DNA from: Trichosphaerium sp. ATCC 40318
Taxonomy: Eukaryota; Protista; Tubulinea
Length of the DNA stretch: 64,000 bases
Reading direction: 5' to 3'
NCBI GenBank assembly: GCA_038496445.1
Contig: JALMLS010000531.1
Span: 262,755 to 326,754 of the forward strand
In this document: piece after piece, positions 11,213-24,551 of the stretch
Numbering within the stretch: the stretch's first letter is position 1
How the letters are laid out: each line of letters begins with the position of its first letter
The notes under the pieces: model-generated
The model's input: only the letters and a program-made list of their open reading frames with translations
Database searches by the model: none
Told to the model about the DNA's origin: nothing
Position numbers and translations under genes: made by a program

Positions 11213-13004
11213 ATGGCCAAGGAAAGACAACACGTAGGAGAAACGAAATTCGTGTTAGGTGAAAATACGATACAAAGGAATAGTTCGCAACTAGCTGTTT
11301 GTGGTGACTTCCATACGCTACTAATAGGCACTACAGCTTATTATTTAAATACTCTCGCTCGTGTAAAAAAAGCAGTACCTATCGAAGGCGTTCCACCCGT
11401 TATTTCAGTAGCTGGTGTGCGTGGTAGCGCTACAGTAAGCGATTATGTACTATTAACAAACGAGGGTACAATTTACGTCGGAAAAACTCCACACGATGCT
11501 AAAATCGTTGAATCTGAGGAGTTCTTTGTTGCGATTAAAGGTGGCTTCGATTTAGTGATAGCGTTAGACAAACATGGTGATGTTTACCAAACAGGCGGTT
11601 ACTTACCTCATCGATACTTCTTTCAAAAGGTATATGGGCTACCAACTATAGCATCAATAGACTGTCACCTAAGAACAGCATGTGCTTTATCAATGAGAGG
11701 TGAGTTATTCTATTGGGGAGATAGTACACGAAGACTTGATGAATTTCATTCACCTGATCCTATAGAGGTTGAATGGATAAAACCAGGTGATATCTTCTTA
11801 CTATGTTGTGGAGCACATGTTCGTCATGACGGTCGTGTCTATGTTGGTTCTTCTCACGTATGTGTTATTGATCCTCCTAAGGATGTTATCAATGTTTCTT
11901 TTGGTGTGTGGATTGTGTACATGTTAACAAGATCCGGAGATGTCTATTTTTGGAATCCACTTGTTGATACACCTGCACAACGTATACCTAATATATCTTG
12001 TATATTTTTGGCTGCTGGAAGGATAAAGGTAGTTGGATGGTGTAAAGACGGTAAAATCGTTGAGTTACCTTCGGTATTTGATGAAACAAAAATGATTGAT
12101 TTCGGCTTAAAAAAAGTAGCAGAAAGCGGTACAATGGTATGTCTTTTTCTTCGAACCTCGGCCTTTTTAACGCCTATAGGAAAGTAATCTCTATCGCAAT
12201 AAATCCAGGGTAGTCTCTAGAGACACTAGAAGGACATACGAGATAAAGACGATGAGAACACATCGCGGATTCAGAGTTGCTATAAGACAAATTGTAGAAA
12301 GCGCTTTTGATACAATTGTTGAGGCTTACGAAAAACTGAGTGTTTCTGCCCATGCTGAAGAACCTTCCATTGAACTTATTCATAGTATTGGATGTGCGAA
12401 TGCATCTAAAAGTAGTATGGATAAGAGTTATCTACATGAGGATTTTACAGATTTTGATTCTTTAACAACTTGTTCTCAGAATGACCACGGGATTGCATTG
12501 CAACCAGAAGATTTTATGGATCCTACAGAACTTGAAGCTATTAACGGCGAAACAAACGAGGTACCACTATTTCAATGAGCGTGTAACAACGTTTCGAACA
12601 GAGAAAATTAACAGTGCACTTGAAACTAGCTTTCTTTTTTAAACCTCAATGTACTCTTTGAGAAAGTGACAAGTCGCAATACAGCATCCTCTTTTTTATT
12701 CCCCCAGTCTATTTTTAAAGTGTATGCTAACTTTTTTTTGAAGGACGCTCCCAGCACCAGTTCTATAAACACTTTATCAATGCTTGATGATTTTTCAAGA
12801 GCAAATGAACAAACTGATATTACAAGCCTTCCATTTTCTGTAGGACCAAGCCCTTGTCGTACTGCTCCTAGCGCATATACACCATCTGTACCTCTCAGCG
12901 CTGATATGTCACTGAATGACGAAGATAGAGATATACCAATCGAAATCATCAAAAATGAGCCAAAAAAACGAATGTCATCCATAAAGCCCAAACCGCCTCT
13001 TTGA
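11213..13004 (+). CDS. RCC1/BLIP-II repeat protein with acidic/Ser-Pro tail
   Basis: VCGDFHTLL, IKGGFDLVIALDKHGDVYQTG, ACALSMRGELFYWG and MLTRSGDVYFW repeats. ORFs 11087, 12252 and 12666 join through introns starting near 12137 and 12561. Confidence 0.75.
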
Positions 13005-13139
13005 ATCACGTGCAAAGTTTCGGTAAAAATACAACGTAGCAAGTACTTTCAGAAGGTAACCATACAATGAAGAATGCTGTAAGGAAGATCATGTATTTAT
13101 TGTTCTCGATACATGGGCAGAAAGGAAGTTTTGGTGAAT

Positions 13140-14011
13140 TTAAGCCATGATTCCTAGTTTCTTCAGAAAACCGTTGAAAGACTCATGGGCGGTGACAAAA
13201 CAAGCATCTTTTTGAACAACTTCATAGAACTTTGCTACCTTATCAGGAAGAGCCTTTTCGTATTTACCAGCACTCACTAGCTGAGACAATCCTACAGAAA
13301 GTACGATATCGGCAATCGTCATTTTCTTTCCTACAAGCCATTCTGATTCTTTAAAATAGTTCTTATTGTAAAACTCCAGCTAAGTAAAAACTATTAGACA
13401 CGTTTAAGAGCTTTGGCATTGAAGAGAGGTCACTTACTTGAGCGAATACTTTACTTTCGAGCTCAGCCACCTTGGCTTCATCTATCGGAGCTTTGGCAAG
13501 TGTAGGTAGGAGCACTTTGTTTAAGGCATATGGAAAGCATGATTGAACGATATCGTTTCTTACAGATTCGAATGCACTGTCGACCTTGTAAAATAAAGTT
13601 AATGAATGACTTCCTTAGTACCATAGTAAAGTATATCTTACCTTAGCAAGAGCCGCAAGATCAGTTATTGGATAGATCGGAGAGGAGTTCTTGATAGCCA
13701 AAAATCTTAGCAAGTTTTAGAAGTTTGTTTGGGTAGTGGTTGTACCTTGCTATTGCTGCTGAGTCACATACGATTGCGCCGTCGTCATTCTTCATAGCAG
13801 GTACTTTACCCAAAGGGTTGATAGCAAGGTACTCTGGTTCTTTGTGAGCTTTCTTGACCATATCAATAGGCTTTAAAAAGCAAGTTAGAAACGCTGTTTC
13901 ATTCCAAGTTTTTTTTCGTACTTGAAGTTTGATTTTTTCGCCTGCTGCTAATGCTGACATATGCGCGATACGGCAAGGTCCAGATAGAGGCATATAGTAG
14001 ATAGTTGTCAT
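13140..14011 (-). CDS. Glutathione S-transferase (theta/EF1-gamma-like)
   Basis: YYMPLSGPCR...EPEYLAINPLGKVPAM...CDSAAIARY N-domain and WLVGKKMTIADI C-domain; several short introns. Confidence 0.9.
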
Positions 14012-14624
14012 CGTGGTGTAAGGTTTGAAGTTTGGTTTCGGAACACGAAAAGTAACACCGGATTACCGGTTATTCCGCGGAAATAAGCTGACTTAAGGAT
14101 TTATGACCCTAACTTATCAAAAGAACGTTTCAACGGATTTTTGTTACCCCCTTGCCTTTGGTTTTTAATAGACGATGAAAGTCACTTGAATTTTTCGGAA
14201 GTCGTTTCATGTTTTTTTATGACTACTTGGCCAACTAATATCTCTTCTGTTATGCCTCCAACACTGACCAAATTACCTCTTAAGGATATCACTACTGAAA
14301 GAATAAGAACCAAATACGCGTACATTAATGGTCATGTATGTAACGCAACTCACTTTGGAACTAGTAAAAACGCTACGTAAATGTGCTTCATTTGCTATCC
14401 TTTGGATATTATCAATTAGAGGTAAAGACCAAACAGAAAAGATGTTGTTTTTTGAAACCGACTAGTTTATTTTTTGTACATTAAACATATTTACATTGTA
14501 GTTCAAGTTGGTAAGCTGCTTCAGAGATGGATGTCGTACTAATAATTTCACATAGTACAAAAAGTACATTGGCTTTATAGAGCTAATATATACCATTTTC
14601 CTAAGACAACTCAGTGTCACATTA

Positions 14625-15691
14625 CTACTTTTTAGTATCGGTATTCCAAACGCTGAGTTGACCAAAAAGCCATTTAAGTCCATCATGTATCCCTTCGCCA
14701 GTGTTCATATTAACAGCAACAATATGCCATTTATTAGAAATCGCTTTCAATCCAAACTCATCTGTTACTTCATCAACACTCAATGCTCCTTGTGAATCCT
14801 ATTCATTTTTTGTAAATTGTATTGTTTGCTAACGGCTTAAAATATCGGCTTAGCCAAATGAAACAAAACAAATGGCTCGAATGATTTTGCAACTTCACAT
14901 ATTTTTGTTTTTCTTTGCCCAGATTGGTATTTGTAATAACAAATACCAGTTCCACAAAGGGTACCTCGCATGTGGTCTAAATGCTAAACATATAGTACTC
15001 ACTACCAATTTGTTCTTGGTGAGTGACTTGACGCAAAAATTGTGTAAAGTGGTAGTTAGAATGAAGTTGATAAGCCGAGCCATTTGACAAATAGTTGTTA
15101 AGAGCCAAGCCGTTATTAATAGAAAAACAACCAAAATCACGTGATTTTTTCCAAAAACACTTTTTAGTACTAATGATTGGTACGTACTTTGTTATCAGCT
15201 AGAACAAGGACAACAGGATCATCAAATTGCTCTGAGCGAATAAATTTCTGAAAGTGTAAAGGTGCTTTTACAAAATGAGTCAGAACTCACATAACTTTCC
15301 TCCACATTCAAAGAAAGAGGCCTTACCAACGTCGCCATTATCCAAATTTGTGCTATCAACTACAAATATAAAAGCCTTGGCACCAGGCAAGTAATGACGC
15401 CAAAGAGGGGCTGTTTTGGTTTCGTCGTGTATGCGTACTCTAAAGAGAGTAAAAAGGTGTTTAAGTGCTTAACTAGACTTACACTGTTACATCGAGCGCT
15501 TGTTTGCTGTATTCTGTTTTTATTATTGGCTTATAAATACCAAAACCAGGTGGTTGAACAACATCCACTGTGGGATCACTTTGAAGGCAGTCAAAAAAGG
15601 TTGTCTGGCCAATTACCGCGTAACTGTCATAAACAACCTTCCACGCCTTTGTAGTATTATCTATGTATAGTTTCTTTGCGTAAGACAACAT
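14625..15691 (-). CDS. Divergent Arf/Arl-like protein with degenerate GTP-binding motifs
   Basis: Retains PLWRHYLPGAKAFIFVVDS, GALSVDEVTDEFGLKAISNKWHI and TGEGIHDGLKWL. G1 reads YAVIGQTT, the G3 region RIHDE and G4 ADNKD. Start codon uncertain. Confidence 0.7.
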
Positions 15692-15918
15692 TGACACCCT
15701 AAGTAACTCTCGTTCAAATTACTTGAAAAAAAAAACGCCAAAGAAAACCTTTGACCAGAGAAACAAGCGTAACTTTTTTCTTAATTCGCGAATTCCATTC
15801 TAAAAATGATTGTCACGTTAACATAATATTAAACAATACATAACAACAAGAATTTTCTGCTTTTACAATGTACATGTTGTTTTATTTCTTTGAGAAGCTT
15901 TTTTTTTTTGGCTTTTTT

Positions 15919-18900
15919 TTATGCAATGACGAACCATTTGTTTCTACAAATGACTGCTCTTCGCCTTACATGACGGTTTTTATCACCGAGAATCTTTCTA
16001 AGACCAAAAGTGACTTGTTGTTGGAAAGGATGAATCTTTGTATAAGGCAAAGCCGCACATTGAAGCAAAAATTGAAGAGCAGCAGCTCTTACAGCCTAAA
16101 ACCAACATTTAAAAAAAAATCCATTAAAAAAATCAAGAAAGCCTCTGTCACTGAGTACAGTGCGCCATGGTCAGTTTTGAGAAAAAAAATACGCTTTATA
16201 CATACCATAGTACTTCCTGTACTAGCAATAGTCAATGTAGTAGGGATTAGGTACTCTAACTGCTCTATAATAACTGTTTTTACTTCCTGACATAACATTA
16301 TAAACGTTTCGAGTGTTGAAGCTAATAACTGGGCATCTCCTTCTTTTAAAGCACGTAGTAATACAGGAAGAACCTAGCGAAAAAAAACACATAAGCTTCC
16401 CGAATAAGACAAAAACGAGAAGAAAATTCTAAGTTTTTTGTCGATCGTTAACGTTGTACCTTTGGTAGTTCGCTGATTAATACCTTCTTTGGTAAACTCG
16501 GTAGTAACTTTGCAATAGCAACCAAGTACGTGCTTCGCATTAAAGGTGATGTAGCAGATGAAAATCCCTATAAAGACAAGTCAGGAACAACGGTACAACC
16601 ATAGGAACAAGTTCTCTTTACGCACATTCAAAAGAACAGGTAAATTAATCACAAAGTGCTTTTGTTTATACAAAACTGCACGACGTGTGAAAAGAGGAAT
16701 TTCTTCTATCAGAATACCATAAAGAACAGCTAGAACAGGACCCTAAATCAAGATTAATACTAATCGCGAAATATGGCCAGAGACTAGCGTACGAGTGTAG
16801 GGTGTTGTAAGTAACCTTGTAGTTGTTGCCATAATGCTACAGCTCTTTTATCACCGCGTACTACCATACCTCTTACGACCTAGGTGATAAATTAGGGAGG
16901 TACATATTCAGACTTAAAACAAAAAAAACAACTTAAATGGTATGTTGTTACTTACCCAAGCGAATACTGTTAGACCATGACGCTGAATCATTTCGTTTGG
17001 ACTTGTATTTAATAATTTTGGAAGCTCTTGAGATATTTTATTCAAGAAAGCTGTATAAACATCGGCTTGAGAGGAATAAGTTAGTCAAGAGTTTTCTTTC
17101 AAACAAAAACAAAAAGAGAAATAGTACTTTTGTTGTCTATCTTATTCACTAGTGCACCAATAGCGCGGCATATTATAATATTATTATTTGATGTACTGGC
17201 ATTTATTGCAGAGCGGAATAAGTAATTCAACATATCACCAACATCAGGAATAGGTACCTTAACCAAAACGTAAACACAAAAAATTAACACCTAAAGAATT
17301 GTCCGTACATCCTTGTTTAAAGCAGCCACAGCAGCGGCAAAAGTAGGAATGAGCTGTGCCTGATAAGTAGGCGCTATATCACTGAAAGGAGCAAAGTCTT
17401 CATTGGCTAGTGTACAAAGTCAGCGCATTCCTTCTTTTTTCTTCTTTTTTTTTTCCAGCGAAGGAAAAAACGTACAATAGAAAAATAAGCGAACAAGCGC
17501 CACCAATAGTTCTTGTTGTGCTCTAAAAAACAAAGAATAAGCCTTTTTCATGGATGATCAAGTCTTTAGTATGCAAGGCTTACTGTAAATCCAAAGACAG
17601 TGTTATTTGTTCAGATAGCTTTGGTAATACTGCTAATAGTGATTGTGTAGTCTGTGGATCTTGTTGTTTTTTTTTAATGACTAGATTCAAAAGAGAAAAA
17701 AGAGCAAAACTCGCATTTTCTTTTTTTCTTCCTGAAATAATAGACGCCAAACACTTGATAATAGATGTGACGTAAACGCTCGCTATAATATTTAATTAGA
17801 CACATGTACTATTACTGATATATAAAAATACTATTATGCGAAGATTTCGATATAATTAGAGGTGTATGGAAGCAAAAAAGAAAGAGTATAAATTGCGAAT
17901 AAAAACTGAAAGATGGATGTGTACCTGAATAACGTTTCTCAATTTCATTGATTAGGTTATCACATATGTGCTGCCATAGCTTACTATCGGTTAAAGCAAG
18001 TGCAGATAAACTTTTTAGAACAAGAGGGATTGAACGACCACCTGATGCATCAGGATCTAAGCACAGTCAGAAAATTGTTTACAAAGTTATGCAATCTATT
18101 AAAACGTACCTGTTAGTTGTGTTAAGAGCTCTGTAACAGTGTGAGCCATAATATGCATAATCAGGCTCTTTAGTTTCTTGTTACACAACATGACCAACGA
18201 ATTCATGCATTCATCTCTTACAACTATAATAATACAAGTCAGAAGGGTAAGAAGGGTGGTAACAGGTCATACCTTCTTCTTCACTATCCAACAAGATTTT
18301 TGTAAGAAGTTCGATGACTTTATTTGATTCTTCGACAAGGGTGCCGTCTTGAAGAGCTAAGAGGCATCCTAAACCCTTTACAGACATAGCGCTTACTTCA
18401 GGATCAGAAATATCTCTTGAAGTAGAAGAGCATATTGTAAGGACATGAGATACATAAGCAGATAAAGGATGAGGACCTAAACACGTATGTTAAATAGTTA
18501 AAACGGTATTATCTATACGTACTTGTATACAATGAAGAGGCAATAACCATATCAACAATTACTTTAAGGAAAACTCTAGTTTCACGGTTTACGCCTGATT
18601 CTAATTTCTGTATGCAATAAGGAAGAGTGTCTTCGAAGATTTTCTCACAAGCCAGTTCTAAGAAAAAAAGCAACATTAACAAGACGCCTCTAGTTCATGA
18701 ATATGAATAAATTTCTTACTTGATGCAGATGCTGCTGTAGCTAGTATTTTTGCTGATATACTCTTTGTACGATCATCTTCAGGAGCTTTAAGTTGATGTA
18801 CGCATTGTTTTATTGTAGGTGATAAGAATTTTGTAAGTAAGGCCTTCTCAGCTGACTCTTCACCGTCCAGTACTTGAACTACATTTCTCAAGCATAGAAG

Positions 18901-20463
18901 AGACTCTGCTTGAACTTCAGTATCATTAGCGCTCATAATCTAAACATAAGACGATTAGTACAAGTAGTAACAACACAATAGATTTAATCAAATAATTCCA
19001 ATACCTCAGCACGAAGAGATCCCCATAAAGTCTCTGCGAATGGTCCTAATCCTCCATGACCGTATCCTTTACAACAAACAGAAAGAGTTTTAAGACAGTC
19101 AATCTAAGCAGTATTCTTTGAGACAAAGGAAAGAAGAAAAAAAGTTGTTCATAAAACTATCAAAACATTACCTTGATTTCTGAGTCTGTTGATGTCAATT
19201 TCTCTAGTAAGAAAGGTACACTATACTGTGCGAAAACAGGGCTTGCTGCAAGCGCATTTCTAAATAGAAATAAGAGGGCGATTTAATAATACTATCTTAT
19301 TATAGCTACCTAAGAGCTCCTCTTAGCATTTCTTTAGTAATTGCTTCAGGATCGTCAGGTTTAGATGTGAAAGTGATTGGAAAGTAACAACATGTCACTT
19401 CGAACAAATCCTAATGGAAAAGAACATTAGCTGACATCTGTGGCGTATAGCAGAACAAACTTTTGAAAAAAGAAAAAGAGAATGTAACTTTAAAAGCACT
19501 GTACCTGCTCGAAGCGTATGAACTCTGGTATGTTCTTTACAATATGTGGTATCATTTGGAATGTAATAAGAAGGTTTCTAGGATCTTTTTCACCTTCCAT
19601 AGCTTGCATAAAGCCAAAAACAAAGTCACTCTTCATTCCTTTTACAGCTAAATAAAAAAAAAATCAATACTTTTCTACATCTGTACTGAGAGACTAAAAC
19701 GCGAACAAAACATAGTACTCATTTTTTACTAGCTACTATTGTATAATAGAGCAATTAAACGTACCTTCTGTGTACTTTGTAATCAATTTCGTAAAAATGC
19801 CGTATACAATCAACCTAGCGTTCTGACGTAATGACATGACATGTACTTCGCGAAATATGCTACGTGCAATGCTAAACGTGGATGAGAAGAAAAATGTCAA
19901 GTTTGTACTGCGGCAAAAAATTCTCCACTTTATTGTAGCGCACCCTTCTACAAGTTTTGTTGCGTCAGCTTCTGGTAGGGTGTGATTATCAAGCAAATTT
20001 TTTAAACCTAGTAAAAAGTGTTATTTATGCGTTTATTTCAGTATTGACGTACCGAGAAGGACTTCAAAGTGACAAGGGTAGTCAACAAGACGCTGACAAA
20101 GAAAATCGGCCAAGAATGAAAGGTCAGATGACGCCAGTAGTTTAGCAGGTATACGACCAAGTAATAGACTCAAAAGCATCATACCTTACAATAATGTTAC
20201 CAACACCATCGAAAACAAAGTATTTGTGAACTCTGAGCTTAATTTTATGCATGGCGTAGCCGCGTACCTCTTCCGCGAGGAACATCTTCTGTGCTTGTCA
20301 AATATTGTCCCAACGATTGAACCACGCCCAGTAATTTTACTTTTTGCTGCTGTAGAAACAAAACAAGCGTCTCATACGCTTTATTTTGAAATGATGCCTC
20401 CACAGATGAGTCCACATATTGACTAACCAGTTCAGCGATATTTGGAGGCGTAGTATTAGCCAT
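15919..20463 (-). CDS. MMS19: MMS19/MET18 cytosolic Fe-S assembly HEAT-repeat protein
   Basis: Hallmark motifs AMEGEKDPRNLL and TCCYFPITF, and C-terminal LGDKNRHVRRRAVICRNKWF. Many short introns. Confidence 0.9.
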
Positions 20464-20609
20464 TTTCAAAGTCACGCGCAATTGATTTTGTCCTTAAACA
20501 GTTTTGGATTTTGACAGGCAATTCAGAATAGTTGACAATTATTCCGCTTACCAACTTAAACTCATTCTAAAAAGGTCATACCATCAACGCAACTCCTCCT
20601 ACTATTATA

Positions 20610-21393
20610 ATGAAACGTAAAGGAGTATGTATTGTTGTTTTTATAAAGTATTAACTGTAGTAGAATTCAGTAACCGCAAATACGTCCGAGAGCAAGCCTA
20701 GAAAGCGTGCAAGGCGTATGGAAACTGTTAAATACTCAGATACTTCCGACAGCGATATTTCGCTTGAAACAGGCGGATCAGTTAAGTTTTACCCTTCTTT
20801 CTTGTCCCAGAGTGAAGCAAATTCGTTATTTGAACATTTAAACAAGTTGGAGCATTGGTGTCATGGTATAAAACTTTGACATTTTTAACTTTTTTTGTGT
20901 AAGTGATGTTACTGAATTTGTAGGTGTTTATAACATGTATGGTAAACAAGTAAAGACACCAAGGCTTCTTTGGGGTATGAGAGATGAAGACGTTGATGTT
21001 AGCAAGTCTTATAAGGTTACTGAAACGTCAATTTGGACAGATAAAATGAAAGAGTTGAAAAAAAAAATTGAAGATAAAACAGGTTATACATTGACCTATG
21101 CACAGCTTAATTATTATCGCGATGGTACGGATTATATTGGCTGGCATTGTGACTCTGAGGTTGCAGACGATGACGTTGTTGTGTCGTTATCGCTAGGTGC
21201 TGTGAGGCGATTTGTATTTAGACATAAAAAATTTCGAGAGTTAGAAAATGTGAAAAAACATGAGTTCTCTTTGTGTCATGGGTCTTTACTTGTGATGGAT
21301 TGTGATGCGAGTAATAAGTTATGGAAGCACACTATACCAAAGCAACCCAAAGTGAAGGATCCAAGGATAAATGTTACATTTAGAGTAAAGTAA
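20610..21393 (+). CDS. AlkB-family 2OG-Fe(II) dioxygenase (ALKBH2/3-like)
   Basis: NYYRDGTDYIGWHCDSE, SLSLGAVRRF, WKHTIPK and RINVTFR (HxD...H...R). Two 5' introns. Confidence 0.9.
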
Positions 21394-21832
21394 AGAAGTA
21401 CATGTTAAAAAGTAAATAAAAATGAAAATTGTTTTTTTGAATAAGATGCACTGAGTACATTGACAAAGGCTACAGGTAGTGATATCCGTAAAAATTTAAC
21501 GATCAAAGTAATCATTAAATCATATATGGGCGTACTAGACTAGAGACTGGTATCTTTATCTATTTAGACCTAACAAAAAAAAAACTGCAAAAAATCCTTT
21601 TTTTTTCTTATTTTTACTTCCTACCACGCACAGAAGGCATCAAGTTTTTGAGCAGCCGATTGGCCATAAGTATAATTCAGTTCATGATTTACTTTTGTCA
21701 GTTTAGGCGATTAATTAACCAACAGACAGCCACCAGTTTCTAATAAATTTCTCAACTTTATTTTTATCCAACACGTGATTTTAAAGTGGCACAAATTTAT
21801 CCAGCACATCCTGTTCTCATTGACTCTCATCG

Positions 21833-22189
21833 TTACTCTCCAGTGTACTCAACTTTACCAGTTTTTTTGAATTTTGCAATATGATAAGGTGTGTATCGGT
21901 TATCCATACGAGGGAACAATGTACGAACAAGATCAATAGCAGCGTGTATCATTTCATCTGTTTTGAAAATATTTTCATCCAAGAATCCACTCATCAGCGC
22001 TGATGACTTACCTTTTAGTTTCAAACAAATATAACCATATCCAGGGTTAGCGTAGACATAATTTACAATGTGTTCTTCAGAGTGTTCAGTATTTTTATCA
22101 TAGAATCTCACAACCACCTCTGTTTCCTCACGAAACACGTCAACAGTACAAGTAAAGTCTTTGTGGGTGAATGTAGTGTTTTGGTGCAT
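21833..22189 (-). CDS. Intronless 118-aa hypothetical protein
   Basis: Complete ATG-TAA ORF with globular composition between the AlkB and TatD genes. No intron needed. Confidence 0.6.
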   Translation of the reverse strand: MHQNTTFTHKDFTCTVDVFREETEVVVRFYDKNTEHSEEHIVNYVYANPGYGYICLKLKGKSSALMSGFLDENIFKTDEMIHAAIDLVRTLFPRMDNRYTPYHIAKFKKTGKVEYTGE

Positions 22190-22359
22190 CTATGAGTAGC
22201 TTTGAGTCGCGCTAGGAATAAAATAAGTGACCTTTCCTGACCGTTAAGTTATTCTCGTTGTAACTTGATTGTAAAGCAAGGATTAGCAAGGTGTTACTTA
22301 CATCGCGGTTACATAGAACCAATCAATTACAGAGGCGCAAGAAATACCACAAACGCTAC

Positions 22360-23977
22360 ATGTCTACAAAAATGGAGTTTATTGGTACGATAGGCGTGTA
22401 AGTTGAATATACACTAACGCTAGCGTAGATATTGGAGCTAATTTGACAGGTACTGTTATATATGTGTATATGTACGCTTATTCACCTAGATACAATGTTT
22501 CAGGGCGTTTACAGGTAATATTAGCGCCAATAATAATTTTAACCCGCCAAAAGAGATAAGAAAGCTCACGAACCGGATCTGAGCGATGTACTAGAACGAG
22601 CAAAGTCAGTAGGCATGAAAAAACGTACGACTTGCTATACAATGTGTCAACATTTATCAATAATCTTAATCCAGTCATAATCACCGCAACACGCTTCCAA
22701 GAGACTAAAGAAGCACTAGAATTCGTAAAAAACAAAGGTACTGACAATCTAGGTTACGTAACTGCTTATTCACTTAAGATTGGCTCTACACTACTTGTGG
22801 TGTACATCCAACAAGGGCAACCGAGTTTGAAGAAAACGGCGAACCAAACAAGGTACTTAGGAAGTAATCACTCATTCATCGGCTAAGAAGGACGACTATA
22901 GTATCTTGATGACATGCTTGAAATAATTCAAGCGAATAAAGACAAAGTACGCACTCTGGAGCTTCTAGAGCTCCAAGATTTTTGTTCGTGGGCTTCTCCT
23001 AGAGTTGTAAAAACTATTTTGTGTGCTTGTAACAAGTACCTTCCAGAATCATCTAAACCTCTCCATCCCACTATGTTGTTTCCTTTGGCTCTTACCTTAC
23101 GTGTGTAGATTATTGCTATTGGAGAGTTTGGTCTTGGTAAGGATTACCCATTTCTGTATTGATTTTTTGTTAATGAGATGTTTGTGATTATAGATTATGA
23201 CAGATTAAAGTTTGCTCCTAAGGAAGCACAAAAAAAGTACTTTGATTTACAGTTCAACTTAGCTGAGAAGACAGGTCTTCCTCTTTTTTTACATTTACGT
23301 GGTGAAGAAGCGTCTTCTGATTTTATAGGCACGTGACTTTTGTTGAAACGACTTCAAAGGGAGTTGAGAAAAGCATATTTTTTTTGTACTAACTTTGTTT
23401 TTCTTGCTGCAGATATTTGCAATAAAAATAAGGATAAAATCAAAGGAGGTGGTGTTGTTCATAGCTTTGATGGTACAGAAGAAACAATGAAGAAACTAGT
23501 AGACATGGGTTTTTATATTGGTACGACCTTAGAAAGAAGTTTTTGAAGCGATTCCACAACGTGTTTTTTCTGACTTACAGAAACTTAAAGGTTTGAATGG
23601 ATGCAGTTTGAAGACAGAGGAGAACTTGCGTGTTGCTTCTTTGGTTCCTGAAGATCGTCTTATGATAGAGACTGATGCACCTTGGTGTGGCATACGACCA
23701 AGCCATGCTGGTTCAAAGCATGTCAAGACAAAGTGGGCAGAGAAAAAGAAAGAGCGTTGGGAAAAGGTACGCAACATTACCTTGTTTCTCTACTTCCTTT
23801 GGTGACCATCTTTTAACCTCTGTGGTTTAGGGTAAGTTTGTCAAAGGGCGTTCTGAACCTTGCGCTATTGTGCAGGTACTAGAGGTTATATCTGCTGTAC
23901 GAGGAGTCGAACCAGCCATCCTAGCCAAATCAATTTATGAGAACACTAAACGCATATTTTTTCCCTCCAGTGTTTAG
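22360..23977 (+). CDS. TATDN1: TatD-family DNase (TATDN1-like)
   Basis: Spliced [65 protein letters not shown] and KGRSEP. Confidence 0.92.
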
Positions 23978-24551
23978 CGGCTACATTAATAAAACAGTGA
24001 TTTCAAACGTACGGCCTATTCTGTGAATATCTGTAGTAAACATTCTTTTTAAACTTTTACATCGCAAGTCACAGTAACAATGAAAAAAAATGTTTTGAAG
24101 TTACTCCAATGTTACCACAACTTGTCTTAGCAGTACTCTTTTTTCGCTCCGGATCGGAAATGTGCATCTTTGTAAATAAGCGCAAAACACTTGTAGTTGT
24201 GCATCCTACTCAGTTTATTGTTTACACGAAAATGAATTCGCTATTGCGGGTAATACGAAGTGCCTCTAAAGCTGAAGATGATATTACCAACAAACAAGTT
24301 TGAGTTCCTTGATGTTTTTAAAATAGAGAGTGTGTTTTGTAGCATAGTGCTTCGCACCATGACAACTGGTAGGTAATAGAGAAAGAAGAGTAGGGTTTTG
24401 TACAAGTGATATTATTAGGATTTATTTTACGTTGAGATGTTTGGGTTTGAAGTTGTTAAATTAAAATCTTCAAAGTACATTTTTTTTTGCAAGAAAAAAA
24501 GCAGTGTACTCTCCCAGAGAAAAATTTTTGCTAATTTAATTGCGTGTTAAA

